Positions 1-11,069 of a DNA stretch of 64,000 bases are shown here, piece by piece (positions within the stretch are counted from its first letter, which is position 1; each line of letters starts with the position of its first letter). Made by a program: the position numbers and the translations under genes. Below the pieces are notes generated by a model that saw nothing but the letters and a program-made list of their open reading frames with translations, searched no databases and was not told where the DNA came from. The stretch comes from Malacoraja senta (lineage: Eukaryota), in NCBI GenBank assembly GCA_038087875.1, contig CM075991.1:4774001-4838000 (forward strand), given 5' to 3'.

Positions 1-179
1 CACCGATCTGTTCTCTTTTCATGATTGCTGCCTGATTGCCAGTATTTTCTCTTTCGATAGTTTATTTGTGAGTGTGGTTTGTTATTATTTGTTTCAACAA
101 AGATTATTATTTTTTCTAGATTTAAGCAATAGTTTATAATTCCATCGAAATTGCACATTCCAAACTATTGTTGAAAGTG

Positions 180-560
180 AAAACTAACCCTCCCCCTCTC
201 CTTTTTCCTGTGCCCCACTTGGACTTGCACCAATTTTTCCCCTCCTCCACCCCATCCACCTACGTTGCTTTCTGTAGCGTTATAACTCTTCAATCCGCAA
301 CTCTTCAATCCTTTTATCTCACACTTTCTGTCTTTTCATCTCTGGCCTTTGTCCAACCATCTCCCTATCAAATAACCCTCCTCATCTGTGTTGACCTATC
401 ACCTGCCATGCTTTGTCCTGCCCCTACTTCTACCTGTTTCTATCTTACCCCCACCACTACAATCAGTCTGAAAAAGGGTCCCAACCTGAAACGTCACCTA
501 TTCATGTTCTCTTGAGATGCTGCCTGACCCGCTGTGCCCCTCCACCAGCGTTTACCTTTT
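180..560 (+). mobile_element. Penelope-like element 3' fragment (pseudo-LTR) with degenerate hammerhead core
   Basis: A pyrimidine-rich tract is followed by cagtctgaaaaagggtcccaacctgaaacgtcacc...gagatgctgcctgacccgctg, the same terminal sequence that follows the GIY-YIG ORF at 48438-48535. Confidence 0.65.
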
Positions 561-834
561 TCTCGAGCTATCTTTGGTTTTCCAGCCTGGACTATCCTAT
601 TGTTGGTAATTTTATACTTAATTTTAAATAAAGTTTTATTTTGCTCTGTCAGTTCCATCTGGAGTTATCCTAGTCTGCTTTTATGACTTTGTAACTTCTC
701 TTCCCGAATTAACCTTGCAAATTGATCACGAGTCCCTTATTCAGTCTCTCAGCTGGTGTGGTTGTGGGTGCAAAATGGGCATTTTCAGGTTAACTAAAAG
801 TTGTTTCCTTACCTTAGAGTCATAGAGCAAAAAC

Positions 835-985
835 AACATTTTAAGTACATTTAGACAAGTACATGCATAGGAATGTTTAGAGGGATACCGTGCTGGCAAA
901 TGGAACTAGCTTAGATGGCATTTTGGGCAGCATAGATTAGTTGGGGCAAAGGTCCTGTTTCCATGCTGTATTACTCTGTTTCATG
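835..985 (+). mobile_element. CR1-type LINE 3' end fragment
   Basis: tttagacaagtacatg...agagggata...aaggtcctgtttccatgctgta matches the 3' ends of the RT-bearing CR1 copies in this window (e.g. 16250-16398). Confidence 0.7.
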
Positions 986-1476
986 CCATGCCGTCCTTTC
1001 TCTAATCAAAATCGTTAATATAAATTGTGAATAGTTGATAGTCAGGACTGTTCTGTCAGGAACCTCAAGTAGCAGTCTGGTAAGCTAAAGATTATCTGTT
1101 CATCCCTACTCCCTTTAATGTCTAATTTTCTTTTAATGCACCTATTTTCCTGTCAACATCAATCAGGAGCTATGGGCCTTCTGGGTCCAACTTTGGGCTG
1201 CATTTTCTCTGTATGATACGCAGCCATCTTGGATAGCTAAAATGTAGAAGCAATGGTAGAGTGGCAGGGTGGGGATTACAAATTCTGTTATCCTCAAACA
1301 GGACACCAGATCCATTCTCCACAAATACATTGGAGTCGCACGGTGGCGCAGCGGCACAGCAGTAGAGTTGCTGCCTTACAGCGAATGCAGCGCCGGAGAC
1401 CCGGGTTCGGTCCGAAGACGTACAGGTATGTAGGTTAATTGGCTTGGTAAAGTGTAAAAAATTGTCCCTAGTGGGT

Positions 1477-2168
1477 ATCCAACCTCCAGAGCACCAGATA
1501 ACATCAAAGGATGCAAGCATTCTGCAGCCTGCTCGGGATTGGAAAATGGAAGTGGACTTAGAAAAAAGGCTTGTGTTTCCTCCAGACATTGTGGCTACAA
1601 CACTCCGGCCAGACATGGTCCTGTGGTCCACAACAGCCAAGTTGGCATACGTTGTGGAATTGACAGTTCCTTGGGAAGATGGTGTTGAAGAAGCTTATGA
1701 GAGGAAAAAGACCAAGTACTCTGAACTGGCAACTGAAGCTTCCCAGAATGGCTGGAAGACCAAGGTTTTCCCTGTCGAAGTGGGATGCAGGGGATTTGTT
1801 GCTACATCTATGACCAGGCTGTTAAAGAAAATGGGGGGTGAGGGGTCGCTCCCTCCAACAAGCAATCGAATCATTCTCAAATTCTGCAGAAAAAAACAGC
1901 AATTGGATGTGGATCAAAAGGAGAGACAACATTTGGGCTGCAAGATGAAGTCAGGAGGGTATGGAATTGAGGGGGGTGTAACTGGGACGTTGAGCCCTCT
2001 GGAGATGTTGTGGGCTTATCAATGAAACGTCAAAGAAGGAGGGTGCCCACCTGATGACCCCGATGACGTACCTACCCGACCTTTCACCACTCCAATCCCA
2101 CTGCAAATAGAAAGAGTGCCGACTTATTACAGGAATTGAAACATTAAGTCCTATTAGCTCTACTCTAC
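1477..2168 (+). mobile_element. 5'-truncated HERO/NeSL-like non-LTR retrotransposon: restriction-like endonuclease domain plus 3' UTR
   Basis: Translation ...LRPDMVLWS...VELTVPWED...AYERKKTKY...PVEVGCRGF is the PD-(D/E)xK restriction-like endonuclease of R2/NeSL/HERO-type elements. A frameshift in the G-run at ~1833-1838 leads to VRGRSLQQAIE...WMWIKRRDNIWAAR* (TGA 1946-1948). Confidence 0.85.
2004..2066 (+). ncRNA. Candidate non-circularly permuted hammerhead ribozyme in the HERO-like 3' UTR
   Basis: GATGT-T (2004-2009) pairs with GAAACGTC (2024-2031). GTGGGC (2010-2015) pairs with GCCCAC (2045-2050), which sits immediately before CTGATGA (2051-2057). TTATC (2016-2020) can pair with GATGA (2062-2066). 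Confidence 0.5.
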
Positions 2169-2414
2169 GGATAGTGTTAATGTGTGCGGATCGCTGGTCG
2201 GCACGCACCCGGTGGGTGTGTCTCTAAACGAAACTAAACTTATCAATGGTTCTACCCGAGTCATCCCTGTAATGTTGGAGGACAGATTACTTGAGTTCTG
2301 TGACATTCTTCAACCCCTTTGAACAGTTATATCCTGAACCTGACTGTCAGACAAGAAGTGACTGTAGAATAGAAGCTGAGATATCAATTATTAGGTACTA
2401 TGATTATATCCTGC

Positions 2415-2780
2415 AGGAGTGGTGGCTCAGATGGACGAGCTCTTGCATCATGTTTCTAGTGACTTGGGTTCGATCCTACCCTCTGATGCTGTCTATGTGG
2501 AATATGCCCATTCTCCCTGTGACCCCACGGGTTTCCTCCGAATACCCTGCTTTTCTCCCGCATCCTGCAAACATATGGGATGATGGGTTAATTTGGCCTA
2601 TAATGTAGAGATGAGTTGTGGGATCGGGTTACAAAGTGCAGAATGGACGTGGTGGCGAGATCACGAGTGTGGGGTGAATAAAATGGGATTAGTAAAGGGT
2701 GTGCAAATGAGTGCTCAATGGTAGGTGTGGAATCAGTGTATCCATTGATTGAGTTGGGGCCTCTGTTAAGTCCTCCACCC
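2415..2780 (+). mobile_element. Degenerate tRNA-derived SINE (HE1-like)
   Basis: gtggtggctcag...gggttcgatcct...ttctccctgtgaccccacgggtttcctccg follows the head/body pattern of the other SINE copies. Confidence 0.6.
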
Positions 2781-2938
2781 ATGTGGAGGAAGAAGACCCA
2801 CCCCGATGAACATGAGTGAGACGACTCCTACACTGGTGCCCTCTTATCACTTACAGTCAAAACCTAAAATGGAGAAATGAATCATCAAGTCAAAGCAACT
2901 TTGGTATCAAAGATTTTTCAGCTTAATCATAGTGAGTA

Positions 2939-2965
2939 GGTGTATGTGTGTGTGTGTGTGTGTGT
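2939..2965. repeat. (TG)n microsatellite
   Basis: Direct reading. Confidence 0.9.
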
Positions 2966-3111
2966 ATGCAGAGGGTTGGTATTGTGGGTAGGAGGGTATT
3001 TGGGAATGTGTTATAAGTAATAGGAATTAAATGGTACAATTTTAAAGTGTTTGTGTAGAATCAAACATTTTTGAAAGTTGAAATACAAGTTAAGAAAACA
3101 TAACCAATCCT

Positions 3112-3250
3112 CCTTCTTCTGGCGTATGGCGTGCACAGCCTAAAGTTGTAGGACAACTTGTTCTATTTGATCTTATTTGATTGTGCATGCCGGGTTGATT
3201 GCATTCGTCGAAACAGGGCGGACCACGTGAAGGTTGCAATCTTCCACCCC
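3112..3250 (-). mobile_element. Short retroposon insertion, probably an RTE-family 3' end or RTE-mobilised SINE, with 9-bp TSD
   Basis: Flanked by accaatcct at 3103-3111 and 3251-3259. The + strand starts ccttcttct, i.e. a (GAA)n-type tail on the minus strand. Confidence 0.6.
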
Positions 3251-5693
3251 ACCAATCCTTAGTTGCACAAAACGGAAGGAAAATCTGCCAAATCTCTGCA
3301 ATTCAACAACTAGACTACAGCCAGATCAGTTCACTGTAACTGATCAATTAGGTTGTGAATTCTCATTTGTGCTTTCCCATGGCTTCTGCAGTTAAAGCAA
3401 AATAGCATATTCCCTTTAGACGTAAGAATGACATGCAAATGAATTTGCTGGTTTAAAATATTTCAATTTTCTAATTTATGCCATGTTCAGCATGTTTATT
3501 GTCCACTCTATGCAGTCATGATATTGAGGTCAGAACGGGATTTTGTATATGTACTTTACTGGTCCAAATGGGTCGGGGTTTGCACATTGTGACCGTTGTG
3601 CTCATTTTTCAGTGCCATTCAATATCTCCACATTTCTTGTGGTAAAGGGAATGCTATATTTAATTGATCCTTTACAACCTACATTGCAATCATTTAGATC
3701 TTTGGCTTGGGATCTACTATGTGCCATGACCACATGGGCTGTGCTATTCGATCTTGCTCAGAAAAATGGCAACAACATTGCCTGGACTCCATCCATAACA
3801 TTCTCAAAGATTTCCATTCTCCTATTGACTGAATGCTGCAGGCTGAAACAGTCGGGATGCAGAAATTGTTTTGGTTTAATTGAACACTTGCAAATGTGCC
3901 TGGTTAAAGCAACGCTTGCATACATGCATTGCTTCTCTATTTCTTATTCCTAACAGCCACATTTAGTTAACTGAAAAGATTTATCGTTTCTTTAAACGGA
4001 ATGTATTTTGTTAACAATTTATATATTTATACCTTCGGAATAACAGTGTGTTGAATTTAACACAATATCTGTTACATTCCAACACATTTTTGTTTATTCA
4101 GGGACCATAAAATGTGTTAAAAGTTTCACATTCAATATCTAGTTGAATTAACACACTTCCAAGTGTTGACACATGACTGAGCAAAATAGACAGGATTCTG
4201 GTGTGCTGAATTAGTTTTGAAGCCTTACTGACTGACCTGCAATTGAATAGCGATCTAATTAAACGTTACTTAAGGGTTAGCTAATTATTGTCAATATAAT
4301 TAGGGTTACAGAAAGCCAGAATGAGCAGGAAATAATTTTTTATACTCTACCACCATTTTCACTACTTATTCCAGTTTTGAATATTAAAAAAAAAACATAT
4401 GAGGCATAGCAATTTTGTCTTCAGTATGTTAGTTATATTTCACTCACTTTAAATTCTAATTTTCCATGTTCTTGGTGCTTTACAAGTCTGTTCTGAATAG
4501 TGACAAAAAACCTGGCTGTGATCCTGGCTAAATATCACCAAGACTTGAGCATGTTACTGGCTTGTGTTAACAAAGAACACACTGCAGTTTCCTGATCTTC
4601 TGTGATTTAAAAAAAAAATTATAATTAATTTCTATAAATGCACTGGATTGAAAATGGATAATTATCTGTAACGATGAATTAACATGATAAACCGGCACCA
4701 AATAGAAGTTGTTAGTTCTGTTGGGCTTCTATGCTCTTAACCCGAAAGCTCCAACTTACATATTGTTGCCCAGTTTCATAGCAACAGAGCTGGTTTGACA
4801 GTCTGTATGCAAAATATGCCAGATCAGACTATGATTATATGTTGGCAGGAACACATGTTTTCTGCGTGATTATGTCGCATTCCTTTGTAGTCTTGTTTTT
4901 CAATAATATTTTGGTGGTAGACTTTGATGGGGCCTAATTAATTTCTTGGTGACAAAGTGAGTTACTGGTAAAAGTCAATGTATCAATGTGATGATTGTGG
5001 ACATTTTTCAAACTTGTGGTCGAAGTATTGTGAGAAATGTTAATTAGAGCTCCCCCTACTGTTAGTGCAGTGGAACCAATTAATTCTAAATGAAAGCTGA
5101 AACCAAATTTTCCATTTTCTTGAATTGTCAGTTTTTTTATTACATTTCTTTTGTATTCTGTTAACATTAAACCAGGTAACTAACTGGGGAAATTCCAAGT
5201 ACTCCTTGAGATTTTCACAAACATGCCTCAATCATCATTCATATTATTATTGATATGATCTTCTGTATTTTTTTTACTGGTATATTCACTGGACATTGTG
5301 AATTCTTTTCTGCCATTGTGAATTTTAGGAATAACTTTGCACCCTATCTATATCAGCTAGATTAATAACGGGTGAATAGTCACTAATAATGAGCAGTGAT
5401 CAATAGATATGTCTCAGATGTACTTGGTAGTCATCATGTCATTGTGTGATGGGAGTGCTCAATGCAAAGAGATGCCACTTGTGGTGAGACAGTATTATCA
5501 CAGGAATGAAAGCTTCAGTGCTAATGTCAAAAAAGCTCCTTAGTACCAATTAGTGTCAACTAACTTACATCAGTGCAGCAAGATATCATTGTGTCATTAT
5601 TACAGAACATTTTTCTTCGTGCATCTCTACATATAGAGTCTAGTTTCAAGAGCTCTGATTTTGCAGTTCTCTTTGTTATGTTCTTTTCTGCAG

Positions 5694-5810
5694 AATAGGT
5701 TTCATGCTAAAACAGTATCCAGATCCTAATTTTTATCCACAGGACCACTCTAAACAATTCTCTACTGGTTTGTGTATTTTACCCAGGACTGCTTTCATAC
5801 AGTGCAGATG
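5694..5810 (+). CDS. Candidate internal coding exon of an unidentified host gene
   Basis: Polypyrimidine acceptor ttctctttgttatgttcttttctgcag and donor ATG|gtatgt. The 117 bp have one open frame: IGFMLKQYPDPNFYPQDHSKQFSTGLCILPRTAFIQCR(W). Alternative acceptors end at 5742 and 5786. Protein not recognised. Confidence 0.35.
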
Positions 5811-5824
5811 GTATGTGTTCCTTT

Positions 5825-5990
5825 TAGTTTGGTTTATTATTATCACCTGTACCGAGGTACAGTGAAAAACGTTTTGTTGCATGCTATCCAGTCAGCAAAA
5901 AGACTATACATGATTACAATCAAGCTGTCCACTGTGTACAAAAACAGGATAAACGGTATAATGTCTAGTGCAAGATTAAGTCCTATTACA
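5825..5990 (-). mobile_element. Rex1/Babar- or L2-type LINE 3' end
   Basis: Reverse complement of the stem-loop plus microsatellite tail (tttcactgtacctcggtacaggtgataataataaaccaaactaaa), also seen at ~36170 and ~60775. Confidence 0.6.
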
Positions 5991-6622
5991 CCTCATAATT
6001 GTTGTCAATGATATATATTGTCAGTGGCATATGGAAGTCTGAATTTGGATTTAGATGGTTGGATGTCTTCTCAGAGAGTAATACAAATGGTTGGGGATGC
6101 ATCACAATGTTGGTCAAGGAAGAGACTTCTAACTGTGTAGTTTACAACTCTTCAGCTGACTCTGTTGCATGAAAATAGTGTAGCATGGCACATCAATACT
6201 ACTTTCTAACATGACAGAATGGTTGTGATCTTCTCAGGCAACTTTTATAGCGAAGTGTTATTGGGTTTGACAGTCAAACATTGCAGTTTTCCTGGTTCAG
6301 CACACACATTGAATCATCTTTTGTTATGCAGCTGATATCTTTGTGTCCATTACCATAAAGGAACTGCATCACACAAGCTCCATTGCTGAGGCTTGCATAA
6401 AGGGATACTATGTGGTAAATATTTGAGAGAGAGAGAGAGGAGAGTGTGTTCATCCAGTTTCATCAACAAAACCAGGTATTCACAGGAGATCAGCGCTCCC
6501 TCGGAGCTGGGGCCACAGCAGTAGCCAGGGATTTTGTGGCAAGAATTTGTTAGGAGTGAAACTCCCAAGTCTACGTCATCCATGAATTACTATTTTGTAG
6601 GGAAGCTTGCAGTGCTCGCTAA

Positions 6623-6796
6623 TCAAGCATAGTCTGTCTCATGCTTAGATTTTCTCCCCTTGTATATAGAATTTGTTTCACTTGCACTTTATGTGCAATG
6701 TGACGAATAAAACCGTATTGTATTGTATTGTATTGTAATCCTCAAGCATAGTCTGTCTCATGCTTAGATTTTCTCCCCTTGTATATAGAATTTGTT
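6623..6796 (+). repeat. Perfect 55-bp direct repeat flanking a 64-bp LINE 3' tail
   Basis: 6623-6677 is identical to 6742-6796. Between them lie a stem-loop (tcacttgcac...gtgcaatgtga), AATAAA and a (GTATT)n tail. Confidence 0.85.
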
Positions 6797-7184
6797 ACCT
6801 CCATGTTGCAGCAGTGATTAACAAACTGTGATGTGGCATAAATTGGCTGCAAGGCCTGGAATGATCGTGAGGGAAAAACCTGAGGGTGTCCATGCATTGG
6901 ACTTCATCAGTGAGAGTAAACCTGTCTCAAGTGTGAAGCTTTCTCGAACAGGTTACTTGAATTTATAGACCTTAGTGTCTTGGTAAAGCCTCATCTGCAT
7001 AAAAATTGAGGCACAAGAGATTGCAAATGGTGGAAGCTGCAGCAAAAACAAGTTGCTGGAGGCATAAATTAGTAATAAAACCAATGAGCAACTCAGGAGA
7101 AATTAGTCAACTTCTTTAATGTGTATGTACCAAAAGTGTATACAGTATCCGTGTTAGGGCTTAATTAATGTTTCATAATGTTCT

Positions 7185-7359
7185 CTGGAAGCTTTCAAGA
7201 GAGAGCTAGATAGGGCTCTTAAAAATAGTGGAGTCAGGGGATATGGGGAGAAGGCAGGAACGGGGTACTGATTGGGGATGATCAGCCATGATCACATTGA
7301 ATGGCGGTGCTGGCTCGAAGGACCAAATGGCCTACTCCTGCACCTATTGTCTATTGTCT
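7185..7359 (+). mobile_element. Young CR1 LINE 3' end with 10-bp TSD
   Basis: Encodes ...FKRELDRALKNSGVRGYGEKAGTGY* and ends in a (ctattgt)n tail. TSD ataatgttct at 7175-7184 and 7360-7369. Confidence 0.85.
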
Positions 7360-7429
7360 ATAATGTTCTAGCTTGGATTTGCTTTTCTTACAATTATTGG
7401 CCGAAGCACAGAATACATGTATCTTGTAT

Positions 7430-8250
7430 GTCTTCTCAAACATCTTCACTTATGGTTCTGTTATCTTCAAGGATTTATAGACATTTCCAAGATCTCCATT
7501 TAGAATCCTTTCAGTTATTTTATATTATTTCCTTCTGAGGTAACTCTTCCCAAGTACATTACCTCACGATTCTGAAGATTTTATTTCATTTGCCCTTTTC
7601 GTCACCTAAACAGTCCATTCATATCTAACTGCAATTGAACTTTCTTCCTCATTACCGAACCCTTTTAATTGTGGCGACTACCTTTTAAGCCCAACTCATC
7701 CAAGCATAATACCAAAACAAGGGACGGCGACAGAACACTGCCTTGTCGTCCCATCACGAAAATGTCTGTTGCCTTTTTGATTTATGCCTCTGACCCACTT
7801 TTAATTTAATTTGCTAATTTCTCTTGGATCCCATTAGCTTTTATGTTCTTGACCAAAATGCTTGTGGGACTTGAAGAGGAATGCTTTGCTAAAATCCATA
7901 TATACTGAAATGCGTATAAAACTTTCATTGGCACTCCTCTTTAACTTAAAAAAACAATAATTCAATCAGATCCTTTAACAAACCCATGCTGACTGTCCAC
8001 AATTCACATGACTTTCCAACAGGTGAGTTGTGGTGTTCCTTAGACGTCTTTCCAATGTCGGGTTAATTGGCCTATTACTGCATGGTCTATTCCTTCCTTA
8101 CTTTTTAAACATGCTTTGCTTTCCAGACATCTGGCACCATATCTGCAATCGAGCACTGCTGATTGATAGCCATGTATCTCATTTTGGAATTCCCTCCTTG
8201 CATTGCTTTACCACCCTAGCCCTTTCCTTCTTTAAGATTCATTAACATGT
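7430..8250 (-). mobile_element. Highly degenerate CR1-type RT fragment
   Basis: Patchy similarity to the minus-strand CR1 copies (acctcac...atttgcc, aaacccatgctgactgtcc, ttaattggcctat). Boundaries approximate. Confidence 0.45.
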
Positions 8251-8745
8251 AACTCCTTGATCAAGCATTTAATTTTCTTTCCTCATGCAGAGCACTTTAA
8301 AAAAATGTTGTCAGCACCACAGTAAACTGTCCTGGCAAGCAATACGAACATGGTGCACAGTTGTGGCAATGTTGGCTGTAGGTTTTTGTTTTGGGTTGCT
8401 TGATAGTCCTCTGGACCCATTTAGGATAAATAGGACAACATGGACAAAGATTCAATTGCCTAAAAATTCATTTCACTCCATTTTTGGAATGCAAAGTCAT
8501 GGGCTGTGCTCTTGTTGGTTTGAGTCCCTCTAGAAAAAATTGTGTTGGTTGGTTTTCAACATCAATATTATTGCACAAATATGCATGACATTGAACATAT
8601 CCTTTTATGACCACCACCACAAGTCACAACAGATGCACTCTAAATTTCATTCTGCTATCAGCAGTTTGCTGTGCAGCAAGTACAACAGGGCTTCAGTCTT
8701 TAACATCATTGTCCCCATGGCAACCAGACATTAGCAACACACAAA

Positions 8746-10320
8746 ATGGCTGCTCTGAAGAACAGACAGAGTGCATGGGAAAGGGATGATTCTCCAGGAG
8801 GGATTTAAAGATTTTGATCAATGAGTTACAGTAAATGCTTACGGTAAATCTCTGCAAAAATGCTTAAGGGACCAACTAAAAGGAGCCATTTGATGAAGAA
8901 ATGGTTGACCACATCCTCCAGGAGTCTCACCAAGCTGATAAAGGAACAATATTGGAAGAACTATCATGATCTTACCAGATACATCGTTGAACACTGATCG
9001 TACAGTATACTGTGACACGAAATAAGAGCAGAAAGTGATAGAAATATTTAGTGAACTAGGCAAATTCTGTGAGGTATGCAACAGAGTTAAATTTTCAGAT
9101 TATTGAGTTTTCATCACTCGGAAAAGTCATCAACTGAAATGTTAAATGGAGTCTCGAGGAACTGCAGATGCTGGAATCTAGAGCAACAAACAATCCACTG
9201 TAGAAACTCATTCGGTCGATCAGCAACCTTGAGTGGAAAGGAATGATTGAAGTTTTGGATTGAAACTCTGCATCAGAACTGAGAGTGGAGAGGAGGGATA
9301 GCCAGTATAAAGAGGAGAGGGGGAATAATGAAACAGAAGCAAGAATGGTGGATGGACCAAGGAAGGTGGAAGAATGACTGACATAACCTGGCTGTCAACA
9401 TGGTTTCATAGATGATGCATGACCTGCTGATTATTTCCAATGCTGTGTGTTTTTATTTCTTATTTCAATCTAATTTTGGATGCTATTTCTCGATACTGAC
9501 TCAATATTTCACCTCATTCTAACCAAAGATTGCAAAGAGGCAATTGGAAGAAGACCCTCTCAAGCTCAATGCATCTCCAGGATGGAGGAGAGGATCCTTC
9601 TGAACCTGACAACTGAAGACCACGAAGTAAGACATCAAGAAATCATAATGTGTGCATGTGAACTTGTGTCCTCATCACAAACTCTTCTATTTTATATCGA
9701 TCAATTGAGAACACGTCAGCATGTTTGCTTCTCCATTCCTGCAATGGGGCCTGGTCGCTTGATATCTGTGTGTCTCTTGCTTGTTTTGTCTTTTCAAGGT
9801 GTAGGGAAAGGCCCACAATTTAGCAGGCTACTGCAGATGTTCATCAAGGTGGTTGGTAGATCTGAGGCCTGCCTGACTGAATGTAGCAGATGCTGAGGTA
9901 TTAGAGCAGTCCATTTTCCACCTCTCACAGGAAGTGCTTCACTTGCAACATGGAGATGAAACACACGTCTCTGCAAGGGTATGGTGACAGCCCTGTCACG
10001 CAGTGGCTCTGGGTTCAAATAGGAGTTGACATGGAGGAACTAGTGGAAGCCAACTGATGTCTTACTGTCTGTACAGTGTCATGAACACTGAAGAAGGAGT
10101 AGGTTGTTGGTCTTCTGGCTGGCAATTTTCCACTGCTCAGCAGCTTGCTGTCCTCGAGAAGCAGAGCGCTGCTGTGCATGAGACATTGTTACTCTCCATG
10201 GAAAGAGAGATCACTGCTCTCCAGGAGAGAGATGTTCCACGTGAGCAACTTGCCCTCATGCAAAAACAGAGAGATAACACCTCTGACCAGACTGCTTCCT
10301 ACTTGAACAAATGAATCCCG
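8746..10320 (+). pseudogene. Probable decayed PIF/Harbinger Myb/SANT-like accessory gene
   Basis: Remnant peptides FSRRDLKILINEL and EQYWKNYHDLTR (cf. trihelix QCRKKWNDL), then EAIGRRPSQAQCISRMEERILLNL (cf. TGGGP...EERxL) and a coiled-coil-like end LLSMEREITALQE. Broken by stops and by a Penelope-derived insert. Confidence 0.4.
9152..9452. mobile_element. Degenerate Penelope-derived short element (inverted arrangement)
   Basis: gaggaactgcagatgctggaatc...gcatcagaactgagagtggag on the left, gatgcatgacctgctgattatttccaatgc in the opposite orientation on the right. Confidence 0.55.
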
Positions 10321-10582
10321 TTTATGATCTCCTCTTTTCTCAAGAAGCTTAGAAACTTCCCAGATTAATTGAATTCTCTTTCTTTTAGTGAAGTGTTGAT
10401 CATATTCATCAGAGTGGAAATGTTTGTTAGGATCTGCCAGCATCATCTGTCTGGAGTTTAAAGTGATGGTAGTACGGTCTTATTTGCAGCAGAAAAGGGA
10501 ACCAATGACTAACGGTCCCCCATGAGATCGACTGGTGTAGAGGAATCAAACATCGCTATCCCGCCTCCGGATATTAATATTT

Positions 10583-10803
10583 CAATAGACAATAGACAAT
10601 AGGTGCAGGAGTAGGCCATTTGGCCCTTCGAGCCAGCACCGCCATTCAATGTGATCATGGCTGATCATCCCCAATCAGCACCCCGTTCCTGCCTTCTCCC
10701 CATAGCCCCTGACTCCGCTATTTTTAAGAGCCCTATCTAGCTCTCTCTTGAAAGCATCCAGAGAACCTGCCTCCTCCGCCCTCTGAGTCAGAGAATTCCA
10801 CAG
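10583..10803 (-). mobile_element. Young CR1 LINE 3' end
   Basis: caatagacaatagacaataggtgcaggagtaggcc..., nearly the reverse complement of 7185-7359. Confidence 0.85.
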
Positions 10804-11069
10804 ACCTCTCTCCAACCAACTTCTCGGACATATGTTCATGCCTGCTCTCCACCACTAGCAAGCACAGAGGGTGGTAGTATGAAGCTATCCCATCAGGAGT
10901 GAGAGCTTTTCAGGAAACTGCACATATCTGTGGAGACTCTCAGAAAAGCTTACCGGCAACCCGGCTTCAGGAGGACAATGGATTGTGCAAGGCCTTCAAA
11001 GCCTAGCTGTGAAAGGCTTTTAATAATTGCTAGCACTGCACATATTACATGCTTTGTACATTACTGGTG

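Larger units (their letters stand above)
1335..2240 (+). mobile_element. tRNA-derived SINE (HE1-like), split by a HERO-like LINE insertion
   Basis: Head with A/B-box-like motifs (cggtggcgcagcgg...ccgggttcg) and body to ...gtccctagtgggt (1335-1476). The SINE resumes at ~2169 (ggatagtgttaatg...) and ends in an (aaact)n tail. Same family as the minus-strand copy at 12745-13045. Confidence 0.8.

Noticed and set aside
1335..1410. tRNA gene (also at ~12990-13045 and ~2415-2480)
   Set aside because: The A/B-box-like motifs continue into SINE bodies with LINE-like tails, and no complete cloverleaf is seen.
3280..5000. AT-rich unique DNA with homeodomain and octamer-like motifs as an enhancer
   Set aside because: Such motifs are expected by chance at this AT content, and conservation data would be needed.
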